Shown piece after piece: positions 25,700 through 39,612 of a DNA stretch of 64,000 bases. The position numbers and the translations under genes are program-made. Position 1 is the stretch's first letter; each line of letters opens with the position of its first letter. The notes beneath the pieces are model-generated. The model was given only the letters and a program-made list of their open reading frames with translations, was not told the origin of the DNA and searched no databases. The stretch spans positions 85,312,001 to 85,376,000 of the forward strand of contig OX597823.1 in NCBI GenBank assembly GCA_951406725.2, given 5' to 3'. The stretch is from Octopus vulgaris (Eukaryota).

Positions 25700-26092
25700 C
25701 TAGCAGTATCGCACGGCGTTGCTCGGGTTTGTTTCGATCCTTTAGAATTGGAATTTTTGAAAAGTAAAAATTTTGCATTATATAGTTTGTTTTTCTCCTT
25801 AAGTAAACAATTTTCACGTTGAAATACACCGAAAAATGGCGACACAGCAGTCAAAAAATCGTGAAAAATAGGGATTTTCATAGAAAAAAAAGCACCTTTT
25901 TGATGTAAATAATGTTTGGTCTCAATATGGTCCGATTTGAATTTTATCTCCTACAGAAAGAAGAGCAAGCCTTCGTCTAACATACTTTCAATTTTGGTCA
26001 ACTTGCGCCACAGGGTCTCGGTGGAGATAGTGTTAGTTGAAGGCTACCAAACATGCCATACACAGACAACTTCAGCTTTATATATATTTAGA
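25700..26092 (-). mobile_element. Non-autonomous Helitron
   Basis: Minus strand begins TC (tctaaatatatataaag) and ends with the GC-rich block cccgagcaacgccgtgcg followed by CTAG. Confidence 0.75.
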
Positions 26093-26529
26093 TATGTGTA
26101 TATAATTGCATATATGCAGTGAACTACGCTTCTTTTGACGCTATTTTATCGAAAACACGACTGTATTTCAGTTTTACCTTTCCTTACCAGATTTTATTCA
26201 AGAGTTTCTTGTGAGATCCTTGCAGCTCAGCATCAACGTCTCCAGGGTTTCGAACTCTCATTTTCTGCTAGAAGTGATGTGTTCTGCTATGTTTTCTCAC
26301 TATTACAAACAACTTCAGTTAGATTCTCATATTGCGATAAATGTTAATGTATTAATGTAAGAAAATAATCAACAATAATAAAAATGGTTACACATGTATC
26401 GATGCCTTCGGCAGCTCAAATGATATTATAAAACGTCAACGGGGTTAAACAACTAACCGCAACAAGTCGGGTTTCTCAGTGCGTTCGGGTTGTACTATAC
26501 ATCCTTTCGACCGCTGAATACAAAGCCGT

Positions 26530-26660
26530 TACCATCTTAGTCTCGTACGCTAGTACATCACTAGGTTAACCATCTACAGTTGAGTGGACTGAAGTAACCG
26601 CAACAGACAGCTGGTCTCGAAATCGAAACCACAATCTCACGATCGGATAATACAGCACTA
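26530..26660 (-). mobile_element. Degraded S2-like SINE head
   Basis: Minus strand gatcgtgagattgtggtttcgatttc...ttcagtccactcaactg resembles the copy at 34260. Confidence 0.5.
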
Positions 26661-26669
26661 TACGTATAC

Positions 26670-26673
<4 letters not shown>

Positions 26674-26702
<29 letters not shown>

Positions 26703-26780
26703 TGTATGTATGTATGTATGTATGTATGTATGTATGTATGTATGTATGTATGTATGCATGTATGTATATATGTATGTATA
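26674..26780. repeat. (TATG)n microsatellite
   Basis: Direct reading. Confidence 0.95.
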
Positions 26781-27216
26781 AATGGAACAAATGGCTCTAA
26801 GTTGCTTCTTCTTTCACATAGACACGTGCTGAAAGCGAGAGAATGAACAAAAAGGATGTTTTGAAACATTTTATTCATATGTTGATTAATTTGAGGTTTA
26901 GTGATATAATATACTCTACCATCTTCAGTATGACATAATGAAAAGTACATGATTATAAGCTTTTATACAAACCATGCGAACACAACTTAATCACAGTGCA
27001 CACTTAATCACACTTTTTTACAAGTTGAAAAACCTAGTTCGTTCATCTCAACCACATATGAATATAAAAATTAAACATTTTGAACATCTCAACAACAAAT
27101 AAGAATTGTGATTTTGACTCTACCGACCAAATTCGCCAAATTTAGTCGGTAGAATCAAAAATAGCACTTTCAAATTGTTATTGAGATATTCAAAATGTTT
27201 AATTTTTACATGTATG

Positions 27217-27299
27217 CACCTGATGAAAACGTCTTCTATTTTTCGCATGATGTAATACTTCTATTCAGTAATAAAATCACGTCTGAAAGAGTTGTAGTG
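27217..27299 (+). ncRNA. HHR-like motif following an imperfect palindrome
   Basis: cac CTGATGA aaacgt ... acgtct GAAA gagttg TA gtg. Confidence 0.5.
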
Positions 27300-28017
27300 A
27301 ACCACAATCCATCCTTTACCTAACTCGGAACCCTGCAATTTCTTTGGATCTGGTGTTTATTGAATGCAGTCCATTGGGTGCAGTATTTGTACTCATGTGC
27401 GACCGTGAGAACCCGTTGTATATTCAGTTGGCCATTTGTGATTGTATGCACAACCGGTGTATAAATCCGTGTTTATCTCAGTAAGTACGTATTTACAAAT
27501 TTTATTCGTACTCTATAGCGTTATTATTGACCCGACCTTGGAGCTAAATTATTGAAGTACCCGATGCGCTTGAATCCTGAAATTTACACACACACGCGCG
27601 CGCGCACACACACACACTGACTTTAATAACGAAATAGATTATTACCTTTAATGCTACAAATATATACCGCCTTTAAGACCAACACATGTTTCAGTTGCAC
27701 CGATAAGTAAACGATGCAATTACAAACCTACTATAAAACGTTGCAGTCTCTTCAGTGCTTATATATCATATCGTATATGAGACCGCTACAATTTCTTGTT
27801 AGCCCCCTTTTCTGGCTGAAAGGTTCAGCTTAATGGGAACCTAGTCCATTTTCATAGTCACCGAGTATCTGCAAAGAGAGAAAAGGGGAGAGAAAATAGA
27901 GAAATAGGTATAAAGAGTGTGACAGAGAGGGGGGGACAAAGAAAAGAAACTATAGCTTAAAAATGAATTGTTCCCACACATGAAATATAAATTTTTAAAT
28001 GGGGAAATATCAATTTT

Positions 28018-28160
28018 AAGAAGCTTGCATCCGAACCAAATTATTCTGCGTTCAGTCCCACTTCATGGTAACTTGGGCAAGTGTCTTCTACTATAGCCTT
28101 GGGCCGACCAAAGCATTGTGAGTGGATTTGGTAGACGGAATCTAAAAGAAGCCTGTCGTC

Positions 28161-28208
<48 letters not shown>

Positions 28209-28290
28209 CAGAATGAGATAGAAAAGCCATAGATGTGTGTTTGTGTGTGTGCGTCTTTGGGTCTGTGTTTGTTCCCCCACCACCGCTTGG
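28018..28290 (+). mobile_element. S3 SINE, 5' two-thirds
   Basis: ttcagtcccac...cttgggcaagtgtcttctactatagcc...gtagacggaa followed by the central (TA)n. Confidence 0.82.
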
Positions 28291-28620
28291 CAATTTCAAA
28301 TGGTCAGCCGAGATGCATATAAACAGAACCGTGATATATGTAAACTATATAGAATTCACATACACAAAGGAAGTCTTCTTCCTTTCTGCTTCCTCTTTTA
28401 CGAGACAGAGGTACACCACTTTTCTCATTGAACTTTTGTGGATGAATTTCCCGAGCAAAAAATCACACACTTTTCTGACAGGATTTCTTCTACAAATTCT
28501 GTTTAGTCGGGTGTCTGTCCATGGAATTAGCTGACCTGAGGCGGCTGCTTTTGCGCTAAATATTTGGCATGTTTGACTGGATATTCAGCCAGTTCTCGTG
28601 ATAGTATTTTGTGGCCCTAG

Positions 28621-28868
28621 AGCAATGGTTCTTAACCAAGATCCACAAGACCGTTGGGGATCCAAATAAGATTGTTAAAATTTATGAGCAGTAAGTTGCT
28701 TATACTTCTATAATACAACATTTTCACAACTTTTTGTAATACAATTCCAAACATTTAATTATAAAAATATGATAGAATTTTTTAAATATTGAATGGTTAT
28801 GTGTGTTTGCCTGAGTGAAATAAGAATGGAAATTGTCCATCAGTAAAAATGTTTGAAAAACTATGCTC
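28621..28868. mobile_element. hAT-type MITE remnant
   Basis: Ends agcaatggttcttaac and gtttgaaaaactatgct resemble CAGTGGTTCTCAAC-type TIRs. Confidence 0.4.
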
Positions 28869-28953
28869 CTGAGACGAACACACACATACACATAGGAAAC
28901 ACACATACGCACACACACACACACACATACACACGCACAGAAATATACTCCTA

Positions 28954-28977
28954 CAGAGAGAGGGAGAGAGAGAGAGG

Positions 28978-29055
<78 letters not shown>
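28954..29055. repeat. (GA)n microsatellite
   Basis: Direct reading. Confidence 0.95.
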
Positions 29056-29059
<4 letters not shown>

Positions 29060-29069
29060 TATTACAATT

Positions 29070-30000
29070 TACTGAGTTGACCAAAATGTCCGTTCGGGGC
29101 TTTTGATTGGAAAGAAGACAAGTTTTAAATACAAAGCGATTTATTCAATCACTGATATAATTACCGTTTCGTTCTAGTACAATCTGTCATCTTGTGGGCC
29201 GATCCATTATTCCTTGCCCAAAGGATTTCCTATCTTTACTGCAAAAAACTTGGGTGAATTATTACATTCACTTCAGAGTTGGACACATGTCCATTCAATG
29301 AAATTTGAAGCGACCGAAACAGGTGAAAATCCGAAGAAGCAAGGTTGTGCAAATATGGAGGGTTCAGAAAAATTTCCCAGCCAAGCCCCAGTAACTTCTG
29401 GCGCGTCTGCAAAGTGTACGGCATGGCATTGCCATGATGACAGCCAATGCTCATAAAATTAGCCAAGTGAAAGACGCTTCTATCGGATCTTTACATTTAA
29501 TTTGTCCCAGTAGACCCCGAATTAATCTTCGTGGAAAGAACCGTAACCTTATTCGGGAGAAGTACTATTTTGGAGGTTGTTTGTGGTGATTCCCCGCGCA
29601 TCGTCCATGATCGTTTGTACTTCATATTGTTTTAGACGATCCAAGTTTTGCCCCTTGTTTCTATTTTCTTCATAAAAGTATCGTTTTCTTCACACTACTG
29701 CAATGAATCGCATATAGAAATGCATTGGATGAAGTCAGCCTTGTTCAGTTGATCTGGGATCAAAACATGGAAATTGCTAACGCAACAAAGTCGATGAAGA
29801 TGGCTTTCAAGACTCGATTTGGACATTGGGGGAATATCTTCGATCATCCTGGTCGTATAACGAGAGTCAGCATACATGTTATTTTCAGTTGGCCATCCAG
29901 AGACAAGGTGTATCTTGAACGGAAAAATGTCCCGATCGAAATTTTGAAAATCACTTCTGACACACATTTTCCAATAACAGCATTTTCTCCGCTCACAGCA
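29070..30000 (-). mobile_element. Mariner transposon remnant, heavily decayed
   Basis: TIR-like tactgagttgaccaaaatgtccgttcgg. Minus-strand motif TRQKLLGLGWEIFLNPPYLHNLASSDFHLFRSLQ and QCISICDSL. Confidence 0.85.
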
Positions 30001-30261
30001 AACATGAGAGTTTGTTCGAGTGAGTACCGTTGGTTCTTGGGTCATTGGAATCAACTGACCACTTCTCCTAAACTTTGCTGAGTGGGGTGGGATGGGGAGT
30101 TTATTCGATACTATCGAGTCTAGTACTTAACTGGCTCTCTACTTTATTGAAAGCGGGGTTGTCCTTGACAGAATTTGAACTCAGAATGTAAAAGAGCCGG
30201 GCAAAATGCCGCTAAACTTTCAGTTGAGAGCGCTGATGATTGTACAAGTTCACTGGGTTAG

Positions 30262-30325
30262 TAATGATGATGATGATGATGATGATGATCAGAAGAACAA
30301 CAAGAACAACAACAATGACAATAAC

Positions 30326-30390
<65 letters not shown>
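30262..30390. repeat. Compound (GAT)n(AAC)n(AAT)n microsatellite
   Basis: Direct reading. Confidence 0.95.
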
Positions 30391-30627
30391 AGTGTACTGA
30401 TTGATAATAATTACAATGGCGAATATTAATAACAAACAGCAAACGCCGAAGGCATGTTTCCCAATCCATGTGGCCATTCTTTACGATGTTCCATAACTAC
30501 TAAAGATGAGTCAACCCTTTCACGAAGATAATTAGCAACATATAAGCTAAATGTTTTCCTCCTACTTAGCTTGAAGAACCTAAATAAATACTAGACGCAT
30601 ACGAGCATACACAGATAATTACATACC

Positions 30628-30682
<55 letters not shown>

Positions 30683-30697
30683 TTATATTGAAATATG

Positions 30698-30732
<35 letters not shown>

Positions 30733-30743
30733 TCATATGCATA

Positions 30744-30788
<45 letters not shown>

Positions 30789-31305
30789 ATCTGTATGTAT
30801 GTGTGTATGTATGGTGAAACCGTGGGCAAAATGTCAAAAAGCGTAAGTATATTACATTTCTACTCCTTATCTATCACATTTCGCGTAATGATTATTATAA
30901 GTTGGATCAGTAAATAAATAACATTAGGGGGATGAAGGTGGGGGGGGAGCGTTTTGCTTCAAAAATCGAAACGAAGGAAAACAAGGACTTTTAATAGAGA
31001 GACATACTAATATCTTAACTCTGGCGAACTAATATTTTTGATCTTTTACAAAGATTAAAGAGAGACGGATGCAAAATGTATAAAGTAGTGCAGATCAAAA
31101 GATATTGGAAACATTCTTAGAGAATCAGCGAATTTTCCATCCGCTTTTTTTTTTTTTTTTTTTTTTACTTTTATTCTTCTTTGAGAATTTTTGACCATAA
31201 AAATTAGAAGTTGGCAACTGTATCACTATTTCACGATTCCATCAGCCATATTGAACTAAATAGAATACAAAACTATGAAATTGATATACATACATACACA
31301 CATAA

Positions 31306-31378
<73 letters not shown>

Positions 31379-31919
31379 TATATATATGCATACATACGTA
31401 TATTTGTACATATATGTATGTATGCATATATATGATTATAGATATATATGTAGGAAGGTTATTATGTATGTAGGTAATTTATGAATTTGTAACAACACAC
31501 GTCAGAATCTGAGCCATACAATTAGAATAAAGTGCTATGTAATAATAATTATATATATGTGTATATGCATATATGCAGACATTCACACATATATATATAT
31601 ATACATAGATATATATACACATATACGTATATATATATATATATTAATACATATATATATTTATATGAGATATTCATATATAGTATATATATATGTATAA
31701 TATATGTACATAAGTATATAATAGTCATGTGTGTGTGTGTGTGTGTTTGTGTGTGAAGGAAAGAGGGAGAGAAGGACAGAGGACGTAGGAGAAGAATTGC
31801 TTATTTCTCTAAGTAATAAAATAATGTACAGCTAAATTAAGCCGAACATATCTTATGAGATGAGAAATATAATAATGATTATATCAATGGAGATATGCGC
31901 TTTACACATACGAAGTATA

Positions 31920-32122
31920 TTCTTCTTCTTCTTCTTCTTCTTCTTCTTCTTCTTCTTCTTCTTCTTCTTCTTCTTCTTCTTCTTCTTCTTCTTCTTCTTC
32001 TTCTTCTTCTTCATCTTCTTCTTCTTCTTCATCTTCTTCTTCTTCTTCATCTTCTTCTTCTTCTTCTTCTTCTTCTTCATCTTCTTCTTCTTCTTCCTCC
32101 TCCTCCTCCGCCTCCTCCTCAA

Positions 32123-32164
<42 letters not shown>

Positions 32165-32192
32165 CATCATCATCACCATCACCATCATCATC
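31920..32192. repeat. Compound (TTC)n(TCC)n(ATC)n microsatellite
   Basis: Direct reading. Confidence 0.95.
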
Positions 32193-32748
32193 TTTGTCAT
32201 CGTGTAAGCATGTCGTTGTTTGTGTAACTTATATTCTACGTCCATGTAGTTGTATATTTGTATAATTTTTCAGTAGTATAAACATGTGTACGTATATAAT
32301 AAACATACACAAGTATATATACATGTGTGTGTGTGTGTGTGTGTGTTCATATGCATATATGTATGTAGATATACACACATTTATATCTATGCATTCGTAT
32401 ATATATAAGTATACATGTATTTATATGTACTTACAATCTCACAGCCTTAAGTATATTTAAAAGATTTTATATACACGAGTTTACATATGTACGTCTGTGT
32501 GTATATGTGTGTGGAAGGGACAAGTCTAAAATATTAAACTATTTCTGAATCTCTTTGAAATGTATCCATATATAGATATGTATATATGTATTTTTACACA
32601 CACACATATATACGTATACGAATATGTATATATTTGTATGTATGTAGTATGTATGCATGTATGTATATGTATCCACATGCATTTACCTAAATTCCTAAAA
32701 GGACGCAAACAATAACAACACATACAATTGTGTGTATATATGTATATA

Positions 32749-32814
<66 letters not shown>

Positions 32815-33342
32815 CTAATACATTTTCTATGCTATACTATGCGTCAAGAACTTTGCGCCTGATCTCAATTGTCTCCCTCAGCACATTTTCATCACTGGAC
32901 CATGCGATGTTGTGAATGTTGTCTAGTACTCTTTCTTTATGTGCAAAAGGATGGTCATTTCTTACAAATCAGAGCGAAGACAAAGTGCAAGAATCTACTC
33001 CCTACCTCATTCTAGAATGACATTTTACTAATATATCCTGTGAGGATGAAAGAGAAATTAGAACTCAGGGTTTAGAGAGTCCTGAAAAATGCGGTTTAAG
33101 TATTTTATACAAAATATTTTATGCCTCTCCCAATTCTGCAATTTCATAGCTGTTATTACTAGCATCTACATATATTCAGAATAACGTAAGCGCTTCTGTA
33201 ATTTATTGAAACAAACCCAAACTCTGAATCGCTTTCCTGCTCTTGGTTATGGGTAAATTCATGATCAAACATGGTCCAGTCAGTCTGCGTAGGTAAGACT
33301 TGTGCCTTTCAGTGAAGTCGATAGAAAGAGTACTGTGAACCT

Positions 33343-33380
33343 GTTATACAACGTTTCGGTGAGAATCATTCTTCAGTAAC
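33343..33380 (-). ncRNA. Degenerate minimal HHR-like motif
   Basis: gtta CTGAAGA a tga-ttc-tca cc GAAAC GTT gtataac. Confidence 0.4.
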
Positions 33381-33489
33381 TACCAACGGTATGTTCATTG
33401 CATTATTTGTATCAATGCTGGTAAAAAATATAGGTAAATTTGTACTAATAAAAGTTCAAGTCTGATTATATACGATATGTTGATTTCAT

Positions 33490-33990
33490 ATTTTGGCAAA
33501 ATTTTAAGGAAGGGGTAAGTTAAATATATCGATCTCCGTGTTCAATTTCTTATTTATTTTATCAAACCTGAAATGATGAAGTGCAAATTTGACCTCCGCA
33601 GAATTTGAACTCAGAACATCAAGCCGGAAGAAATATTGAGACACATTTTGCCCAGCGTACAAATGGTTCTGTCAGATCGCCGCCTTCTAGTATTAATTTT
33701 TAGTATATTAAGAATCGTACATGATAATTTATCATCCGATAGAAACGTCAAGCTCTCTTACAGTACTTTGTATAATACTCAGGATGTTTGTCCCCCAACA
33801 TCGCTTGACAGCCGATGGTGGTGTGCCTACATTCCCCGTAACTTAGCTGTTCGGCAAAAAAGGCCGATAGAAGAAGTACTAGGGGTACAAAGGTTTATAA
33901 GTGCCGGGGTAGAATTGTTTGACTAAATGCGCTGCTCCAGCATGGCCGCAGTCAAAGAACTTAAACAAATAAACGAATAAAAGAGTATAA
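33490..33990. mobile_element. S1 remnant (minus, ~33490-33690) and S3 3' half (plus, ~33785-33990)
   Basis: gaatttgaactcagaac and tttgtcccccaacatcgcttgac...gctccagcatggccgcagtc. Confidence 0.75.
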
Positions 33991-34259
33991 GAAAATCTGC
34001 TTGATATGATTCATAGTATATATATATATATTAGTAAAATATGATATATTTATTTATACATAAGTGTGGGAGTGCCGAGGTCAATATGTTGTCATGAGCG
34101 GTATTAAAAGTTTTAGAATCTCTCCCTTAGATACATCGAATAAATACGCAATGGCGGTAAAAATTTTCATAAGTTCCTTCAGCTTTACTGCAGATCAGAT
34201 AATTGGAAAGAGAAAGCATTCCAGATCTTTCTATCTGCAGACATTATGTCTTTTACAGT

Positions 34260-34505
34260 CGAGGCGCGTGGCTTAGGGTTTAGCGTGTTGAACTCATGAT
34301 CGTAAGGTTGTGGTTTCGATTCCTGGACCGTGCGATGCGTTGTGTTCTTGAGCAAAACACTTCATTGTCACGTTGCTCTAGTCCACTCAGCTGCCAAAAA
34401 TTAATAATCCTGCGACGGACAGGCGTCCCGTTCAGGTGGGGAATTTCTACGCCACTGAAACTGGGAAACCGACCCTTATGAGCCTGGCATGGCTCGAGAA
34501 GGAAC
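34260..34505 (+). mobile_element. S2-related SINE, tail iii
   Basis: gtggcttagggt, gtttcgattcc, cgacggacaggcgtcccgttcagg, gaaactgggaaacc. Confidence 0.78.
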
Positions 34506-36550
34506 ATTTATTAATTTTTTTATGTCTTCTACAACAATACCAGTAGCTGTTATGTAAAATCGCATGATGTATGTACACAGAAGATATTCGAAATAAACGA
34601 GTTGTTTAACTGCTGGGAATAAGAGATAAATATTACTTGATAAACATATTTTTATTTCTAACAAATATGGTGTGTCGGACAATATAAACTTTGCTAAAGG
34701 CAGCTACTCCGTTATGAACGCATTAGGTTTCGAAAAATCTTACCTGTAACCTGAAGTCTACTTTCGCATTGTTTTTCATGATACATAACACGAAATTTTA
34801 TTATGAAAATGTATTTCCGTGTTACAAGATTTTAGGTAACGCAGACGATACATTTCTGTAACGCAGACGATAAATGTTTTCTAAATGACGGCTCGGTCAG
34901 AGCTGGTACGCCATTTTCTTTTCCACTGGACCAAGTCCCCACTGGTCCTAAAATCTATAAGAACAAAAGAAAGGATTTCAGGTAAAATATATTATAAATA
35001 TTTCTTTGGAAACGTAAATAATATAATAATGGTTCAAAATAAAATTATGGAGACAAAAAAAAGCAAACATTACGGAGGGAGAACATTTAAACAAAACATT
35101 GCCTGGAAGGCGGGACATACTGCAAGCTGGTAAATGTATAAGATCCATGCCTGAACCAGTTCAATCATTAGGATAAGATGCGTATTATTCATTATTTTCG
35201 CTATTATGATATATTTCGAATTACACAAATGGAGATTACTTCCGTAAAATTGGAAACAGAAAGAGAAAAAAAAATCTCAGTATTCCTATATTATTTAATT
35301 AATAGCTCTACTACAATTGATATTTCCAGATTATTTGTAATTACTTTATCATGAATAAAAATATATAGATCAGCTTATATTTTTGTTGTTTGTGCATTAC
35401 TTTCCTTTTATTGTCACCAATGCCCCGTTCTACGGAATCTATTTTCTCTTTTCCCTACAGTGCTGGAAAATCAGACCATTTGCGGGGTATGTGTGTATGT
35501 GTGTATGTATGTATATATGTATGTATGGGTGGCTGGATGGACGGATTGATGGCTGGGCGGAAGGATGGATGGATATATGTATGTATATATGTGTGTAGAG
35601 GGTGATCATGAACGACTTTGTATGTATGTATGTATGTATGTATGTATATATGTATGCATGAATGCATAGACGTATGCATGTATATGTGTATGTATGTATA
35701 CATGTATGCTGGAATGGATGGATATGCATTTTAAAATGTTGTCTATGAACGTGTTAGAATGTGTGTGTGTGTATATAAATATATATATATATATACATAT
35801 ATATGTGTATATGTGCGTGTTTGTGTGTGTATGGGTGTTGGTGTGCGTGCGTGTATACATTCATACATACATTCATAGATTCATACATTCATACATACAT
35901 ACATACATACATACATACATACATACATACATACATACATACGTGCAGCTGCATAAATGACCGATTGTGAATTAGCAACGAAGATCTTTTCTTGACTTCC
36001 GTATTGCGGGTTCGTATTCCACTGCAGGCGTTCCATTGTGTCTCTTCAGTGTGACTTAGACATAATCATATACGCCTCAAGCTTTACGCTTAATTAAGTA
36101 AATGGCTATTTACCTTTTACTGGCTGTCATATAGTCATAAATGCTTACTTAATTTAATGCTCAGAATATGGATGTACAAAGGGGAAAGAGAGAAAAAGAG
36201 ACAGAAATATTAAACAGGCCAGAAGAAGTGAAGAGAAAACGGGATCAAGAAATGTTATCGCGTGATATAAGTAAGATATAAAGAGATATGAAGAGATTGA
36301 AGAAAGTAAAAAAGAAGTTAAATGATAGAAAGAAAGATTATAACAGAGATAAGATGTAAAAATAAGATATGAGGGAGGAAAATATCATGAGACGTCGGGA
36401 GAGACTGAACGAAAAAGAGACATCATGCGGTAAAACAGTGGGAAGGAGAATGTAAAAATTGTTCGGGAAAGAGTTTTATAAAGACAGAAGAAAATATTGC
36501 AAGCTATGATGTCAGACCGATTAACGGATCTCGCAATTTGACTATTTGTC

Positions 36551-37030
<480 letters not shown>

Positions 37031-37975
37031 CGTATAATACATATCCTATATATTATACACAGACATACACCATACAAATACACGCGGACGCACACAGACT
37101 CACACACATAAACACACTTGCACATAAACATACTTGCACATAAACACACACATGAAAAAGCTGAAAACGTTTGAGTAAAAAAGCATCACAAAAACAAAGA
37201 AGTCAGAAATTACGTGCTGAAGTGTACGTTCTTTTGAAGTTCCCGTTTGTTTTGCTTCGAAGGATTTTTCACGTCAGATAATAGAGAAGTTTTTAAAAAA
37301 TGAATTACAGAAAGGAAACGAAATTACGAAAGAAAAAATAACAAAAGAAGGGAAAAAAGAATAGAGAAAAAGATAAAAAAAAACGATCTATGCGCATAGC
37401 ACTGAAAAGCTTGCAAATGCATAACACAGCTCTGGACTACCTAAGTAAATATAAAGAATATACAGCTATATATAAACGAATACAATCACATAATTAACAG
37501 CTATTTCATTCAAAAGCAAAATATATGAACAACTAACGTATAAAGAGGGATTCAGATATACACAGCTGCTCAGAAATACGTAGATATACATATGGTTACC
37601 TATATACTTGAACATACATGTACGCACGTACAGTTGAACGTGTAAATATGCACACGTGCACTCATATAAAGGCAAGATGGGTGGTAATTTTTTCCAGGTA
37701 AGTAACAGAAGTTCCGTTATATAATTGTACAAAGTATGTACGTTGAAGTTTTCATTTCTAGCCGTATAAGTTTTATGGTGTACTGAGAATAAAGAAACTG
37801 AGTTGCATTGAGAGAGGTGTTGTTGGTGATGACAGTTGCTAAAAAATATATATAAGTGTAACGTATGTAAAATTTTCTGTCTTTATCTCTCTCTCTCTCT
37901 CTCTCTCTCTCCGTATCTACTCATCTATCTGCACGCGCGTGTGTCTGTCTGTCTCTATGTCTGTCTGTCTCTCTG

Positions 37976-38018
<43 letters not shown>

Positions 38019-38135
38019 TATATATATAATATATATATATATATATAATATATAATATATATATAAATATATTATATATATATATACATTATAATATATA
38101 TATATAATAGTCATATATATATATACATATATATA

Positions 38136-38184
<49 letters not shown>

Positions 38185-38687
38185 ATATAATATATATACA
38201 AATATTATTATATTTTATATATCCTTATAAACCTATATACATTATTGCACACACAAATGCATATATATGTCTGTGTATCTGCTTATATGGAACATCATGT
38301 CGTCATCATACAAGAGATATAATAGAACGAATTCTGACTCTATAATCATCACATGCTTTACTTTTGCAGACACCATGGTTCTAAATGTTGTATTTAAACG
38401 ATTGAAAAAAAATGACTGAAAAGATGTGGAGTTTTTTAAATGCATTTCCTAGCAAAAATAATTCTAGATCGAAACGATTGAATTACGGAAATAGTTAGGT
38501 ATGAGAATTTAAAAAAAATATATTTTTCACGTATGTAAATTATTTTATTCCAATGCGAAATGCAGAGTGACAGAATTGTGAGTTAAAATGAGAATGGCAT
38601 TTAGTCTATGTTTCTTCTTTTTTTCCCCTTTTCAAGATTGTGTGATGTCATTTTCTTTCACCGTGATGACGTTTTTAAGGATTGATT

Positions 38688-38916
38688 AATGATGATGATG
38701 GTGATGATGATGATGATGACAATGATGATGATGATTACGACGATGTCGATGACGATGACGACGTCGACAACGACAATGGTGGTGATGTTCTTGATGAAGA
38801 CGACGACGAAGATGATGATGGTGGTGTTGGTGGTGATGACGATAATGATAACGGTGACGATAATGAGGATGATGATGATGATAATGATGATGATGATTGC
38901 GACGACGATGACTATG
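38688..38916. repeat. Degenerate (GAT/GAC)n tract
   Basis: Direct reading. Confidence 0.9.
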
Positions 38917-38974
38917 AATTTCTTGAGATCGATATGTCTAACGTGGAGAAGGCGACGAACAGACAGAATCGTCA

Positions 38975-39168
38975 ACCCGCCAGGCAAAATACTAAGCGGC
39001 ATTTCTTCTGTCTTTACGTTCTGCGTTCAAATTCCTCCAAGGACGAATTTACGTTTAATTTGCCTCGGCGGTCGATGAAATAAGAACCTGTTGAGCTCAG
39101 ATGTCGGAGTAATCGACTTACCCGCTCCCTCGAAATTTCTGGCCTTGTGACAATATTTGAAACGAATA
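38975..39168 (+). mobile_element. Degraded S1 SINE
   Basis: tacgttctgcgttcaaattcc...taatcgactta...ggccttgtg. Confidence 0.7.
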
Positions 39169-39361
39169 TGGGAAATGGGACGTAAAGTTATACGAGAGGA
39201 GGTATGTAGTAGCTTCTGATACTGACGGTGATAGTGGGGTTGATAATGATGATGAATAATAATGTTGATGTGAATGATGAACATTGTTGTTGATAAAGTT
39301 AATAGCGTTAACTGTGGCAAAGTTAAATATTGTGATGGCGGGTTTTGTTGATAATAATCAC

Positions 39362-39612
39362 TTTCGATTCCCAGAGCGGGCGTTGTGTGTGTTTATTGAG
39401 TGAAGACACCTAAAGCTCAACGATTCTCTGGCAGGGGGTGGTGGTGACCCCTGTTGTACTATTTCGCAACAACTTTCTCTCACTCTCTCTCCCTGTTTCT
39501 TGAGTAACGCTGCGATGGACTGGCGTACCGTGCAACTGGAGGGAACACATAAGCCACAGAAACCGAGAAAACGGGCCCATGAGCCTAGCTAGGTTTGAAA
39601 AGGGTGCATGAA
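39362..39612 (+). mobile_element. S2 SINE, 5'-truncated, tail iii
   Basis: ttcgattcccagagcgggcgttgtgtgtgtttattgag...gcgatggactggcg. Confidence 0.82.

Noticed and set aside
34838-34875. Short direct repeat gtaacgcagacgata x2 (similarly 41575-41612)
   Set aside because: Simple slippage duplication, with no repeat-spacer array, so not CRISPR.
38682-39083. Asp-rich 133 aa ORF
   Set aside because: A (GAT/GAC)n tract running into an S1 SINE, with no domain or supported splice structure.
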